A stretch of DNA of 24,000 nt from Bacteroidota bacterium (GCA_016702705.1 JADJDM010000009.1:58596-82595); one strand, 5' to 3'. Counted from the stretch's first letter, positions 8,715 to 16,546 are shown. The notes: a model not told the origin generated them from the sequence alone. A program made the numbers and translations.

Positions 8715-9363
8715 ACTTTGTTGGAAATCTTTGCATTTCGGTTATAGAGTCGGTAAGTGTTATTTGTGTAATGGTAGTGTCACTTAGTCCGCAATAAAAT
8801 TTAATTTCAAGTCCTTTGTTTGGGTAGAAAAATTTGTAATCTGTTTCGCGCGGGGTGTGAAAGAAATTATCGTGCAGCCCAACTTTTTTCTCTACCATAC
8901 TTGGTGTATCGGTATATTTTAAGTTATAGGGTAGCGGTTTTTTGTAATCCTCTGGATAAATAACAATGGATTCGGTTTTAAAACTAGAAGTATATTCATC
9001 ATATGTTTTTTGTAATTCACTTCTTTCTATGTTCATGCCAGCACCTCGCACGCAAATATACATAGAGCCAAACTCATAGTTTAGGTAAGCTGCTGTTGTT
9101 GGGTATGGATAATATTCATCCATAGATGTTGTAAATTTAAAATCACCTAATTGTTTAATTACATTTTTCATGCTATCACTAGCAAGGGGCAAACCAATTA
9201 AACTATATAAATTATCTCCATCAATATTTACTGCAAATGCTTTTGAAGGTTCTCCAATGTTGAGTGGCATACTAAGCTTATCTTTCTTGCCGCTAAAAAA
9301 GCAGGAGGATAGAAGGAGAGTTCCTCCAATAAATAGAATAAAAGGGATTGTGTTTAATCTCAT
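8692..9363 (-). CDS. Hypothetical lipoprotein (223 aa)
   Basis: Signal peptide plus lipobox (FIGGTLLLSSC). No recognisable domain. Confidence 0.7.
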   Translation of the reverse strand: MRLNTIPFILFIGGTLLLSSCFFSGKKDKLSMPLNIGEPSKAFAVNIDGDNLYSLIGLPLASDSMKNVIKQLGDFKFTTSMDEYYPYPTTAAYLNYEFGSMYICVRGAGMNIERSELQKTYDEYTSSFKTESIVIYPEDYKKPLPYNLKYTDTPSMVEKKVGLHDNFFHTPRETDYKFFYPNKGLEIKFYCGLSDTTITQITLTDSITEMQRFPTKFGADKEK

Positions 9364-9470
9364 CTGTTTTCTTAACTTTTTTGATTACAAAAGGAAATTT
9401 AAAGATAATATAATTTACAAAATGAATATTGATTTTATTTATTTCTAACTTCTTGAATAAACAAAACATT

Positions 9471-9541
9471 GGCTCCATCGGAGCCTCCTATTTCTATACT
9501 ACATCAATACTAATGCAGTCAAGCCCCAGCGGGGCGACCTG
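9471..9541. repeat. Left REP doublet (two GC hairpins)
   Basis: GGCTCC-ATC-GGAGCC (9471-9485), then CCTATTTCTA spacer, then AAGCCCCAGCGGGGCGACCTG (9521-9541), which contains the hairpin GCCCC-AGC-GGGGC. The last 21 nt are the exact reverse complement of 10010-10030. Confidence 0.85.
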
Positions 9542-9542
9542 T

Positions 9543-10004
9543 TCATTCTTCGAAGTCGAAAAGATATTTCTGGTCGTAACTAATATCAAAGTCTTTAAGT
9601 AATTCAAGATACTCTTCTTTAAAACGTTTCTTTGTATGATGTCCTTTCTGATTAAGAATATATTTTGCTACTTTGTCTAAATCCCAATGACCATATGAAA
9701 AAGCACCGAAGCCTTCTTGCCAATTAAACTTTCCTTGTATCCAGTTTTGTTCGTTTATGAATTTAGAGTAAGCTGCTTTAATGTCTCTTACTAAATCTGA
9801 AATACTTATTGATGGTTTAAAGCCTACTAATACATGTGTGTGGTCGGGCATACAATAGATGGCAATTAATTTTTGACCTCTGTTTTGTACTATACCCGAA
9901 ATGAACTTTTGCAACTCTTCTCTATTGGTTTCAGAAATAAGATTTTGTCGTCCTTTAACTACGAAGACAATTTGAAGATATATCTGAGTATATGTATTTG
10001 CTAT
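9543..10004 (-). CDS. REP-associated tyrosine transposase (RAYT, IS200/IS605 TnpA-like Y1 HUH enzyme), with no canonical start codon at the family N-terminus
   Basis: Track ORF 9543..9914 starts at a TTG. The frame is open upstream and reads (I)ANTYTQIYLQIVFVVKGRQNLISETNREELQKFISGIVQNRGQKLIAIYCMPDHTHVLVGFKP...AKYILNQKGHH. This carries the HUH motif (HTH) and the catalytic Tyr motif (YxxxQ). The family normally begins M-(A/S)-NTYTQI; here that codon is ATA (10002-10004). Confidence 0.75.
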   Translation of the reverse strand: MANTYTQIYLQIVFVVKGRQNLISETNREELQKFISGIVQNRGQKLIAIYCMPDHTHVLVGFKPSISISDLVRDIKAAYSKFINEQNWIQGKFNWQEGFGAFSYGHWDLDKVAKYILNQKGHHTKKRFKEEYLELLKDFDISYDQKYLFDFEE

Positions 10005-10009
10005 ACTTA

Positions 10010-10080
10010 CAGGTCGCCCCGCTGGGGCTTAATAGGTTTTTGTTTCTAGTTAGTTAGAAATAGGTTGCCCCGATGGGGCT
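10010..10080. repeat. Right REP doublet (inverted copy of the left one)
   Basis: CAGGTCGCCCCGCTGGGGCTT (10010-10030), then TAGAAATAGG spacer, then GCCCC-GAT-GGGGC (10067-10079). The reverse complement aligns with 9471-9541 along its whole length. Confidence 0.85.
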
Positions 10081-10138
10081 TTTAATTTACTTTATGTTCG
10101 CGTTCGCTCGCCATTGTAGTTTTGTACAAACTATATAT

Positions 10139-12379
10139 TTATACCACAATATTTATAATCTTCCCTGGCACCACAATTACTTTCTTAGGTGCTTTACCAT
10201 CTAAGTAAGTTCCTGTTTGTTGTAAAGCAAGAATTTCTTTTTCTACATCTTCTTTGCTTAAGCTTAAATCAAACTCCACGTTAAATCTAACTTTACCATT
10301 AAACGAAACTGGGTAATTGAAAGATGATTCTTTTACAAACTCCTCGTTAAACATAGGGAACGGGGCAAATGCAATGCTTTCTGTATTACCCAATTTTTCC
10401 CAAAGCTCTTCTGTAATATGCGGGGCATAAGGAGAAATTAAAACCAATAGTTGTTCTAAAACTGATTTCTTATTGCATTTTAAATCTGTTAACTCATTTA
10501 CACAAATCATAAAACTACTTACCGACGTGTTAAACGAAAAACGATCGATATCATCTGTGATTTTTTTAATTGTTTTATGTAGTGTTTTTAATTCGTCTTT
10601 TGTTGGAGCTTCAGCGTTTACTTTAGCGCTTCCATCTTCTTGTATATTAAATAATCTCCAAAGTTTTTTTAAGAAACCTGCAACACCTGTAATACCATTC
10701 GTATTCCAAGGCTTGCTTAACTCTAATGGACCTAAAAACATTTCGTAAAGGCGTAATGTATCTGCCCCGAATTTCACACAAATGTCATCAGGAGAAACAA
10801 CGTTCCATTTCGACTTGGACATTTTTTCCACTTCCCATCCACAAATAAATTCGCCATTCTCTTCTTTTTCAAATATTGCTGATTTAAATTCAGGTCTCCA
10901 TTTTATAAATTCATCAATACTTAGAGTATCATTGTGAACAATATTAACATCAACATGAGATTTTGTAATATTAAAACTGGTCAAGTGAATGTCGGAGTTA
11001 GCACCATAAGTTGATGCTATATTTTCTTTTATTACTTTTTCTATTTTGAAATAAGTTTCAGAATCTTTCTTTTCTAATAATTCTGCTATTGATTTAGTGA
11101 CAAAGATTCTTTTTAACTCATTAAAATCAGTATCTCCAGGTCTAACCAACATTGGAGCAACCCAATAGGTATAATTACTTCTGCCTTGTATCATCCCTTG
11201 ATTAATCAACTTCTTAGCAGGTTCATCAAAATTTATAAAACCTCTGTCTTTTAAAAACATGGTCCAAAAACGTACATACAACAAATGCCCCGTTGCATGC
11301 TCGCTACCGCCTAAATACAAATCAACTTGTTGCCAGTAGTCGACTGCGTTTTTACTTACAAATTCTTTTTCGTTGTTGGCATCCATGTAACGCAAAAAGT
11401 ACCACGAGCTTCCTGCCCAGCCTGGCATAGTAGTGTGCTCGTATTCAAATTGCCCTTTGTATTTCCAATCCTTCGCACGTGCTAGTGGCGGCTCACCATC
11501 TTCAGTTGGTAAAAATTTATCTACTTCAGGTAAACGCAATGGCAATTCATCTTCTGGTAACACATGTGGTACTCCGTTTTTGTAATACACTGGAATTGGT
11601 TCACCCCAATAACGCTGGCGACCAAATACGGCATCGCGTAAACGATAATTTATTTTACCTTTACCAATTTCTTTTTTCTCTATTTCTTCAATTGCTTTTT
11701 TAATAGCAGCTTTTACTTCAAGTCCGTTTAAGAAATCGGAGTTAATCATTTTTCCTTCTTTCTCGCCCCAAGCATCTTCATCAAATGAATGAGCAGTAGT
11801 AGGTTCAATTACTTGCGGAAGCGCTAATCCAAAATGTTTTGCAAATTTATAATCGCGGACATCATGCGCGGGAACTGCCATTACAGCGCCTGTTCCGTAA
11901 CCGGCCAATACATAATCACCAACCCAAACTGGAATTGGTTTTCCAGTAAACGGATGCTCAACATAAGCACCAGTAAATACACCAGTAATTTTATTTACAT
12001 CAGCTTGGCGCTCGCGTTCGCTTCTGTTTTTTGCTTTAATAACGTATTCATCAACTGCAGCTTTTTGTTCAGCTGTTGTAATTTCAGTTACTAATTCATG
12101 CTCAGGTGCAAGTGTTACAAACGAAACTCCGAAAATGGTATCAGGGCGAGTGGTGAACACTTCGATGGTTTTAGCCTCTCCCTCCGCCTCCCTCTCCACG
12201 GGAGAGGGAATCGATGCTACTCGAGATTTAATAGAAGCTAAAACAGTATCGTGGTCGTTTAACACTTGTTCGTTTGTAAAGCGAATAACTTCAAAACCTA
12301 ACTTGTTTAATACATCAGTTCTTGCAGCATCTCTTTCTTGTGTTGAATTATGAATTTCACCATCAACTTCGATAATCAA
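10139..12379 (-). CDS. leuS: Leucyl-tRNA synthetase, C-terminal ORF (CP1 editing domain, KMSKS, anticodon-binding and C-terminal domains). The first 69 codons belong to the inserted DUF559 cassette.
   Basis: After MIIEVDGEIH...EAEGEA (cassette) it reads KTIEVFTTRPDTIFGVSFVTLAPEHE (Thr-rich editing motif) ...AVPAHDVRDYKFA...GGSEHATGHLLYVRFW...VEKMSKSKWNVV. The track start is a TTG, in the same frame as the upstream ORF. Confidence 0.9.
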   Translation of the reverse strand: MIIEVDGEIHNSTQERDAARTDVLNKLGFEVIRFTNEQVLNDHDTVLASIKSRVASIPSPVEREAEGEAKTIEVFTTRPDTIFGVSFVTLAPEHELVTEITTAEQKAAVDEYVIKAKNRSERERQADVNKITGVFTGAYVEHPFTGKPIPVWVGDYVLAGYGTGAVMAVPAHDVRDYKFAKHFGLALPQVIEPTTAHSFDEDAWGEKEGKMINSDFLNGLEVKAAIKKAIEEIEKKEIGKGKINYRLRDAVFGRQRYWGEPIPVYYKNGVPHVLPEDELPLRLPEVDKFLPTEDGEPPLARAKDWKYKGQFEYEHTTMPGWAGSSWYFLRYMDANNEKEFVSKNAVDYWQQVDLYLGGSEHATGHLLYVRFWTMFLKDRGFINFDEPAKKLINQGMIQGRSNYTYWVAPMLVRPGDTDFNELKRIFVTKSIAELLEKKDSETYFKIEKVIKENIASTYGANSDIHLTSFNITKSHVDVNIVHNDTLSIDEFIKWRPEFKSAIFEKEENGEFICGWEVEKMSKSKWNVVSPDDICVKFGADTLRLYEMFLGPLELSKPWNTNGITGVAGFLKKLWRLFNIQEDGSAKVNAEAPTKDELKTLHKTIKKITDDIDRFSFNTSVSSFMICVNELTDLKCNKKSVLEQLLVLISPYAPHITEELWEKLGNTESIAFAPFPMFNEEFVKESSFNYPVSFNGKVRFNVEFDLSLSKEDVEKEILALQQTGTYLDGKAPKKVIVVPGKIINIVV

Positions 12380-12613
12380 GTTTTTTTCAATGCAAATAAA
12401 ATCTGCAATGTAAGTTTAGATTGCATGTTGTCTTCTAAACTTAACACCCAAATTTTTATTTCTTACACTTTGCCACAAGGCATCTTCAGCCTCAGTTTGT
12501 GGTTGTCTATTCTCACGCGCAAATTGTTTAAGTAATGTATAGATTTCAGCATTGGCAGTCTGCCAAGAAAACCTATCCCCCTTCTCCCGTGGAGAAGGAC
12601 CGGGGATGAGGCT
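12173..12613 (-). mobile_element. In-frame 441-bp cassette inside leuS: a DUF559 (Vsr-like PD-(D/E)xK) endonuclease domain bracketed by hairpin-forming inverted repeats and interrupted by one TAA
   Basis: The inserted codons read ...[95 protein letters not shown]..., the DUF559 signature. The terminal hairpins are CCCTCTCC-ACG-GGAGAGGG (12190-12208) and CCTTCTCC-CGT-GGAGAAGG (12580-12598), with outer AGCCTC/GAGGCT ends. The outer boundaries are uncertain by a few nt. Confidence 0.75.
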
Positions 12614-13498
12614 GAATCTCAGACTCGACCCCTCACTTCTTCCTATCCAATATCTCTGCGCTTCTTTTAAACTATCTGTCCAATCAATTTTATCTAATCC
12701 ATCTAACAAACGTTGAGAGTATGCAGTAATACGCATGCTCCATTGTTTCATTAATTTTCTTTCTACTGGATATCCACCACGCTCACTAACTCCGTCTTTT
12801 ACTTCATCATTGGCAAGCACTGTTCCTAAAGCGGGGCACCAGTTTACATAAGCTTCACCTAAATAAGCAATACGAAAATTCATTAAAATTTCGCTGCGCT
12901 TTTTCTCAGGAAAGTTTTTCCAATCATTAGGAGAGAAGGCAGTTAATTCTTTTTCAATTTCTCCAGTTAAAATATCATGTGTTAATCCTTTAAAACCTTC
13001 TGTATCGAAAATATGCATCAAGGTTTCAATTGCTTCAGCTTTATTAGTGCGTGGGTTGTACCAGCTGTTGAACAACTGAATAAAAATCCATTGCGTCCAT
13101 TTATAATATTCAGGGTCAGAAGTTCTTACTTCTCTGTCCCAATCAAATGAAAAACCAATTTTGTCTAGTTGCTCGCGGTAACGTGCAATGTTTTGTTCGG
13201 TTGTAATTGCAGGATGTTGCCCCGTTTGTATTGCATATTGCTCAGCAGGTAAACCAAATGAGTCGTAACCCATTGGATGCAATACATTAAATCCTTTATG
13301 ACGTTTGTAACGAGATACAATATCAGAAGCAATATAACCCAGCGGATGACCTACGTGTAAGCCTGCTCCAGATGGGTAAGGAAACATATCTAATACATAG
13401 TATTTTGGTTTTGAACCATCATTACTTGCTTTAAATGTTTTATTAGTAGCCCAGTTCTTTTGCCACTTCTTTTCTATCTCCGTAAAATTGTATTCCAT
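12416..13498 (-). CDS. leuS: Leucyl-tRNA synthetase, N-terminal ORF (first half of the Rossmann fold with HIGH motif). The last 65 codons belong to the inserted cassette, and the ORF ends at an in-frame TAA.
   Basis: [16 protein letters not shown]...[18 protein letters not shown] (HIGH)...[15 protein letters not shown]...[18 protein letters not shown], then cassette sequence up to FRRQHAI-stop. Confidence 0.9.
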   Translation of the reverse strand: MEYNFTEIEKKWQKNWATNKTFKASNDGSKPKYYVLDMFPYPSGAGLHVGHPLGYIASDIVSRYKRHKGFNVLHPMGYDSFGLPAEQYAIQTGQHPAITTEQNIARYREQLDKIGFSFDWDREVRTSDPEYYKWTQWIFIQLFNSWYNPRTNKAEAIETLMHIFDTEGFKGLTHDILTGEIEKELTAFSPNDWKNFPEKKRSEILMNFRIAYLGEAYVNWCPALGTVLANDEVKDGVSERGGYPVERKLMKQWSMRITAYSQRLLDGLDKIDWTDSLKEAQRYWIGRSEGSSLRFSLIPGPSPREKGDRFSWQTANAEIYTLLKQFARENRQPQTEAEDALWQSVRNKNLGVKFRRQHAI

Positions 13499-13592
13499 AA
13501 GTCAAAAATAAGAGGTCGAATTTACGAAAAATAGGGGTTTCGGGGCTCATTTTTTAAGAAAATGATTACATTTAAACTATATAAATTATTGC

Positions 13593-15698
13593 ATGAATAA
13601 AATAGTAAAACTGTTGCTTGTGTTTTTAATTACTGGTTCTTCTTTGTTTGCACAAAAGCAAAGGAAGATAGATAGTTTAAAAACGATGCTTTCGGGCAGT
13701 ATTCATGATACAATAAGAACAAAAACATTAAATGCTTTAGCAAAATTGTATTGGACAAATAATCCAGATACCGCAATGGTATTGGTTCTTCAATCAGAAA
13801 AAGTAGCCGAAAAATTGAAGGATAAAAAGTACCAATGTATTACAACAATTTACAAAGCATATATAATTTCGGCACTAGGTAATTATGATAGTGCTATTGT
13901 AGTTTACCAGCAAGCAATTGATTTATCTAAAAAAAATAAAAAGGATAAACCACTTGGGCAAGCATTAACCGCTTTAGGTAATGTGTATAATATTATTGGC
14001 GATTATGATAGTGCAATTAAATATTATATGGAAGCCTTAACAATTCAGGAGCGACTGGCAGATAAAGTTGGAATGGCAAAAACTTATAATAGTTTGGGTG
14101 TTTTGTTCGAGTGGCAAAAGGATTATAAAAGTGCGCTTAACTACCATAAACAAGCCTTCGTAATAAAAACGGAATTAGAAGATTCTGTTGAAATGGCAAC
14201 ATCTTTAAATAATATGGGAATTGTTTATGAATCGATGAAGGATACGGAGAATGCATTAAAGCATCACCTACAATCATTGGAAATTAGGAAACTTATTGAT
14301 GATAAGAATGGTTTGATTATGTCCTACACAAATTTGGGAAATATTTATTCTCATAATAATAAATCAAAAGAGGCAATTGATTTTTTAAGTAAGGCTTATG
14401 CCTTAGCAATTGAAATAAAAGATAGACTTAATTTGGCTAGAGTTGCCTTTGATTTGGGAAATCATTACTTTATAATTAAAGAGTATGAGAAGGGAGTAAA
14501 ATATATTTTGGAGGCTGAGGGGATTTCAGAGGAAATGGAGATTAAAGAATTACAGAGAGATGTTTATAAAGAGCTTTCAGATTATTTTATAATGAAGAAA
14601 GATTACAAGGCTGCTTTGGATTATTCCTTAAAGTATAGAGATGTAAATGATAGTTTGTACAATGAAAATAAAACAAAGGAGATACAAGGTTTAAATTCGA
14701 AATACCAAAGTGAAAAGAAAGAACAAGAAATAAATTCGCTTAATCAACAAAGTAAAATTCAGCAATTGGATATTAAGCAAAAGAGAACATCTATGTACTC
14801 TTTGTTTGCAGGAGTTTTGTTGTTAATATTAATCGCAATCATTTTATTTAATAGAAATAGAATTAAGCAAAAGGCGAATAAAGAATTAGCCGAAAAAAAT
14901 AATTTGATTGAACATCAAAAGCATCTTGTTGAAGAAAAAAACCATGAAATTACCGATAGTATTAATTACGCTAAACGTATTCAAACTGCTTTGCTGCCTT
15001 CAGAGGATTCATTTAAAGAATTAATCCCGCAATCCTTCGTTTTATTTAAACCAAAGGATATTGTTTCCGGCGATTTCTTTTGGATAAATGGAAAGGATAA
15101 TTTTATTTTTTATGTAGCTGCTGATTGCACCGGGCATGGTGTTCCAGGAGCATTTATGAGTATGTTAGGAACCTCGTTTTTAAATGAAATTATTAATGAA
15201 AAAGATGTTATTGAACCTGGCGATATTTTGGATTTATTGAAAATAAAAATCATCAAATCACTAAAGCAAAAGGGTGAAGTGGGTAGCAATAAAGATGGAA
15301 TGGATATGGTACTTTGCAGGATAGACACTTCAAAAAACGAATTAGTTTTTGCTGCAGCAAATAATCCTTTATGGTTATTAAGAGATGGTGAAATAATTGA
15401 ATACAAAGCCGATAAACAACCTGTAGGTATTGGTTCAGAAGGATTTGAGCATTTTAATCAACATACTATCCAATTACTAAAAGGCGACTTAGTTTATACT
15501 TTTAGTGATGGTTATGCAGATCAATTTGGTGGACCTAAAGGAAAGAAATTTAAGTACAAACAAATGGAGGAAATTATACTTGCAAATGCGAACGAATCAA
15601 TGGAATTCCAAAAGAATGGTTTGGATGAGCGTTTTGAAAAGTGGAGAGGTGAATTGGAGCAAGTAGATGATGTTTGCATCATTGGAGTGAAAATATAA
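13593..15698 (+). CDS. TPR-repeat sensor with one transmembrane segment and a C-terminal PP2C/SpoIIE-type serine phosphatase domain
   Basis: Signal peptide, then multiple TPR units (ALGNVYNIIGDYDSAIKYYMEAL, etc.), a coiled coil and a TM segment (MYSLFAGVLLLILIAIILF). The SpoIIE motifs follow (INYAKRIQTALLP, SGDFFW, ADCTGHGVPGAFMSM, DGMDM, SDGYADQFGG, QVDDVCIIGVKI). Confidence 0.88.
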   Translation: MNKIVKLLLVFLITGSSLFAQKQRKIDSLKTMLSGSIHDTIRTKTLNALAKLYWTNNPDTAMVLVLQSEKVAEKLKDKKYQCITTIYKAYIISALGNYDSAIVVYQQAIDLSKKNKKDKPLGQALTALGNVYNIIGDYDSAIKYYMEALTIQERLADKVGMAKTYNSLGVLFEWQKDYKSALNYHKQAFVIKTELEDSVEMATSLNNMGIVYESMKDTENALKHHLQSLEIRKLIDDKNGLIMSYTNLGNIYSHNNKSKEAIDFLSKAYALAIEIKDRLNLARVAFDLGNHYFIIKEYEKGVKYILEAEGISEEMEIKELQRDVYKELSDYFIMKKDYKAALDYSLKYRDVNDSLYNENKTKEIQGLNSKYQSEKKEQEINSLNQQSKIQQLDIKQKRTSMYSLFAGVLLLILIAIILFNRNRIKQKANKELAEKNNLIEHQKHLVEEKNHEITDSINYAKRIQTALLPSEDSFKELIPQSFVLFKPKDIVSGDFFWINGKDNFIFYVAADCTGHGVPGAFMSMLGTSFLNEIINEKDVIEPGDILDLLKIKIIKSLKQKGEVGSNKDGMDMVLCRIDTSKNELVFAAANNPLWLLRDGEIIEYKADKQPVGIGSEGFEHFNQHTIQLLKGDLVYTFSDGYADQFGGPKGKKFKYKQMEEIILANANESMEFQKNGLDERFEKWRGELEQVDDVCIIGVKI

Positions 15699-15700
15699 AG

Positions 15701-15732
15701 ATAAGGCTTCAATTATGAAGCCTTATCTTTTT
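15701..15732. terminator. Bidirectional intrinsic terminator between convergent genes
   Basis: ATAAGGCTTC-AATTAT-GAAGCCTTAT forms a 10-bp stem and is followed by CTTTTT. The opposite flank is also T-rich. Confidence 0.8.
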
Positions 15733-15748
15733 AAAACGGAGTTAATAA

Positions 15749-16546
15749 CTAGCCGGGTCTAAAATTTATAGGAAGATTAAAATAAACAGGAACAAAGTTA
15801 TTTCCTTGTTTGCCAGGCTTCCATTTTGGCATTCCTCTTACAACTCTTAATGCTTCTTTTGATAATCCTTCACCACCAGTAACTCCTTTTAAAACTTCAG
15901 CAGTTGAGATGGACCCATCCGCATTTACAACAAATTTCACAAATACTCTTCCGCCAATTCCTGCTTCTAATTCCATTTGAGGATATTTGGTGTTGTTTTG
16001 AAGGTAAGTCATTAATGCATTTATTCCACCAGGAAATTCCGGCATTACTTCTGCAATTGCTATGGGCTCCACTATCGTTACGGAGGGTGTCGCAACCACT
16101 GTAATTGTGCTTGTGCCTGGTCCAACTGCATTTGGATCAATAACATTGCTTGTGTCGCCAGTGGAAGTTACTAAACTTAAACTAGTGTTTGGGTTGATTG
16201 GTTCAATAGGTTCGTTTGTAAATACTGTACTAATTGCAGTTGAAGCTGGACCCGAAGCTGATTGTTCGATTTTTTGTTCAGGTTGTTCAATTGGGGTAAC
16301 ATCAATTGGTACAATGGTTTCAATTTGTTCTGCAAATGTTACCTTCTCAATTGGTTTTTCTTTAAAATAGTTATTGTAAGCTAAAGAAGAACCAACTAAC
16401 AAAAGTAAAGAGGATGCAACTATTGTTAAAGCTTTAATCACTGTGTCGTTGTATGCATTTCTAATTGCATATGCGCCGTAATTTTTGTTCTTGTTTTCAA
16501 AAATCATGTCTAACATGTTTTCTGGATTGCTGTTGTAAGTTTTCAT
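15749..16546 (-). CDS. tonB: Energy transducer TonB family protein
   Basis: N-terminal YGAYAIR region plus a TM segment, then a Pro/Glu/Thr-rich linker. The C-terminal TonB domain reads EVMPEFPGGINALMTYLQNNTKYPQMELEAGIGGRVFVKFVVNADGSIS...PVYFNLPINFR. Confidence 0.88.
   Translation of the reverse strand: MKTYNSNPENMLDMIFENKNKNYGAYAIRNAYNDTVIKALTIVASSLLLLVGSSLAYNNYFKEKPIEKVTFAEQIETIVPIDVTPIEQPEQKIEQSASGPASTAISTVFTNEPIEPINPNTSLSLVTSTGDTSNVIDPNAVGPGTSTITVVATPSVTIVEPIAIAEVMPEFPGGINALMTYLQNNTKYPQMELEAGIGGRVFVKFVVNADGSISTAEVLKGVTGGEGLSKEALRVVRGMPKWKPGKQGNNFVPVYFNLPINFRPG

Larger units (their letters stand above)
9471..10080 (-). mobile_element. RAYT/IS200-like unit: a Y1 (HUH) transposase gene bracketed by inverted REP-hairpin doublets
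   Basis: 71-bp imperfect inverted repeats at 9471-9541 and 10010-10080 enclose the 153-codon Y1 transposase reading frame with only 1-5 nt of spacer on each side. Confidence 0.8.

Noticed and set aside
10098-10108. GC-rich 11-mer TCGCGTTCGCT shared with 12012-12022 inside leuS
   Set aside because: Tens of 11-mer matches are expected by chance in a 24-kb window. There is no extended similarity around either copy.
12173-12613. Intein or self-splicing intron as an explanation for the leuS insertion
   Set aside because: The upstream junction does start with Ser, but there is no His-Asn before the downstream junction residue (it reads ..GEA|KT) and no Hint-domain blocks. The 441 bp are almost entirely filled by the DUF559 ORF and two simple hairpins, leaving no room for a group I or II ribozyme core.
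13536-13556. ATAGGGGTTTCGGGGCTCA in the leuS promoter region, which loosely resembles a REP arm plus the CCTATTT spacer
   Set aside because: The sequence is not self-complementary (GGGG...GGGG), so it forms no hairpin. The match is too short to call a remnant.
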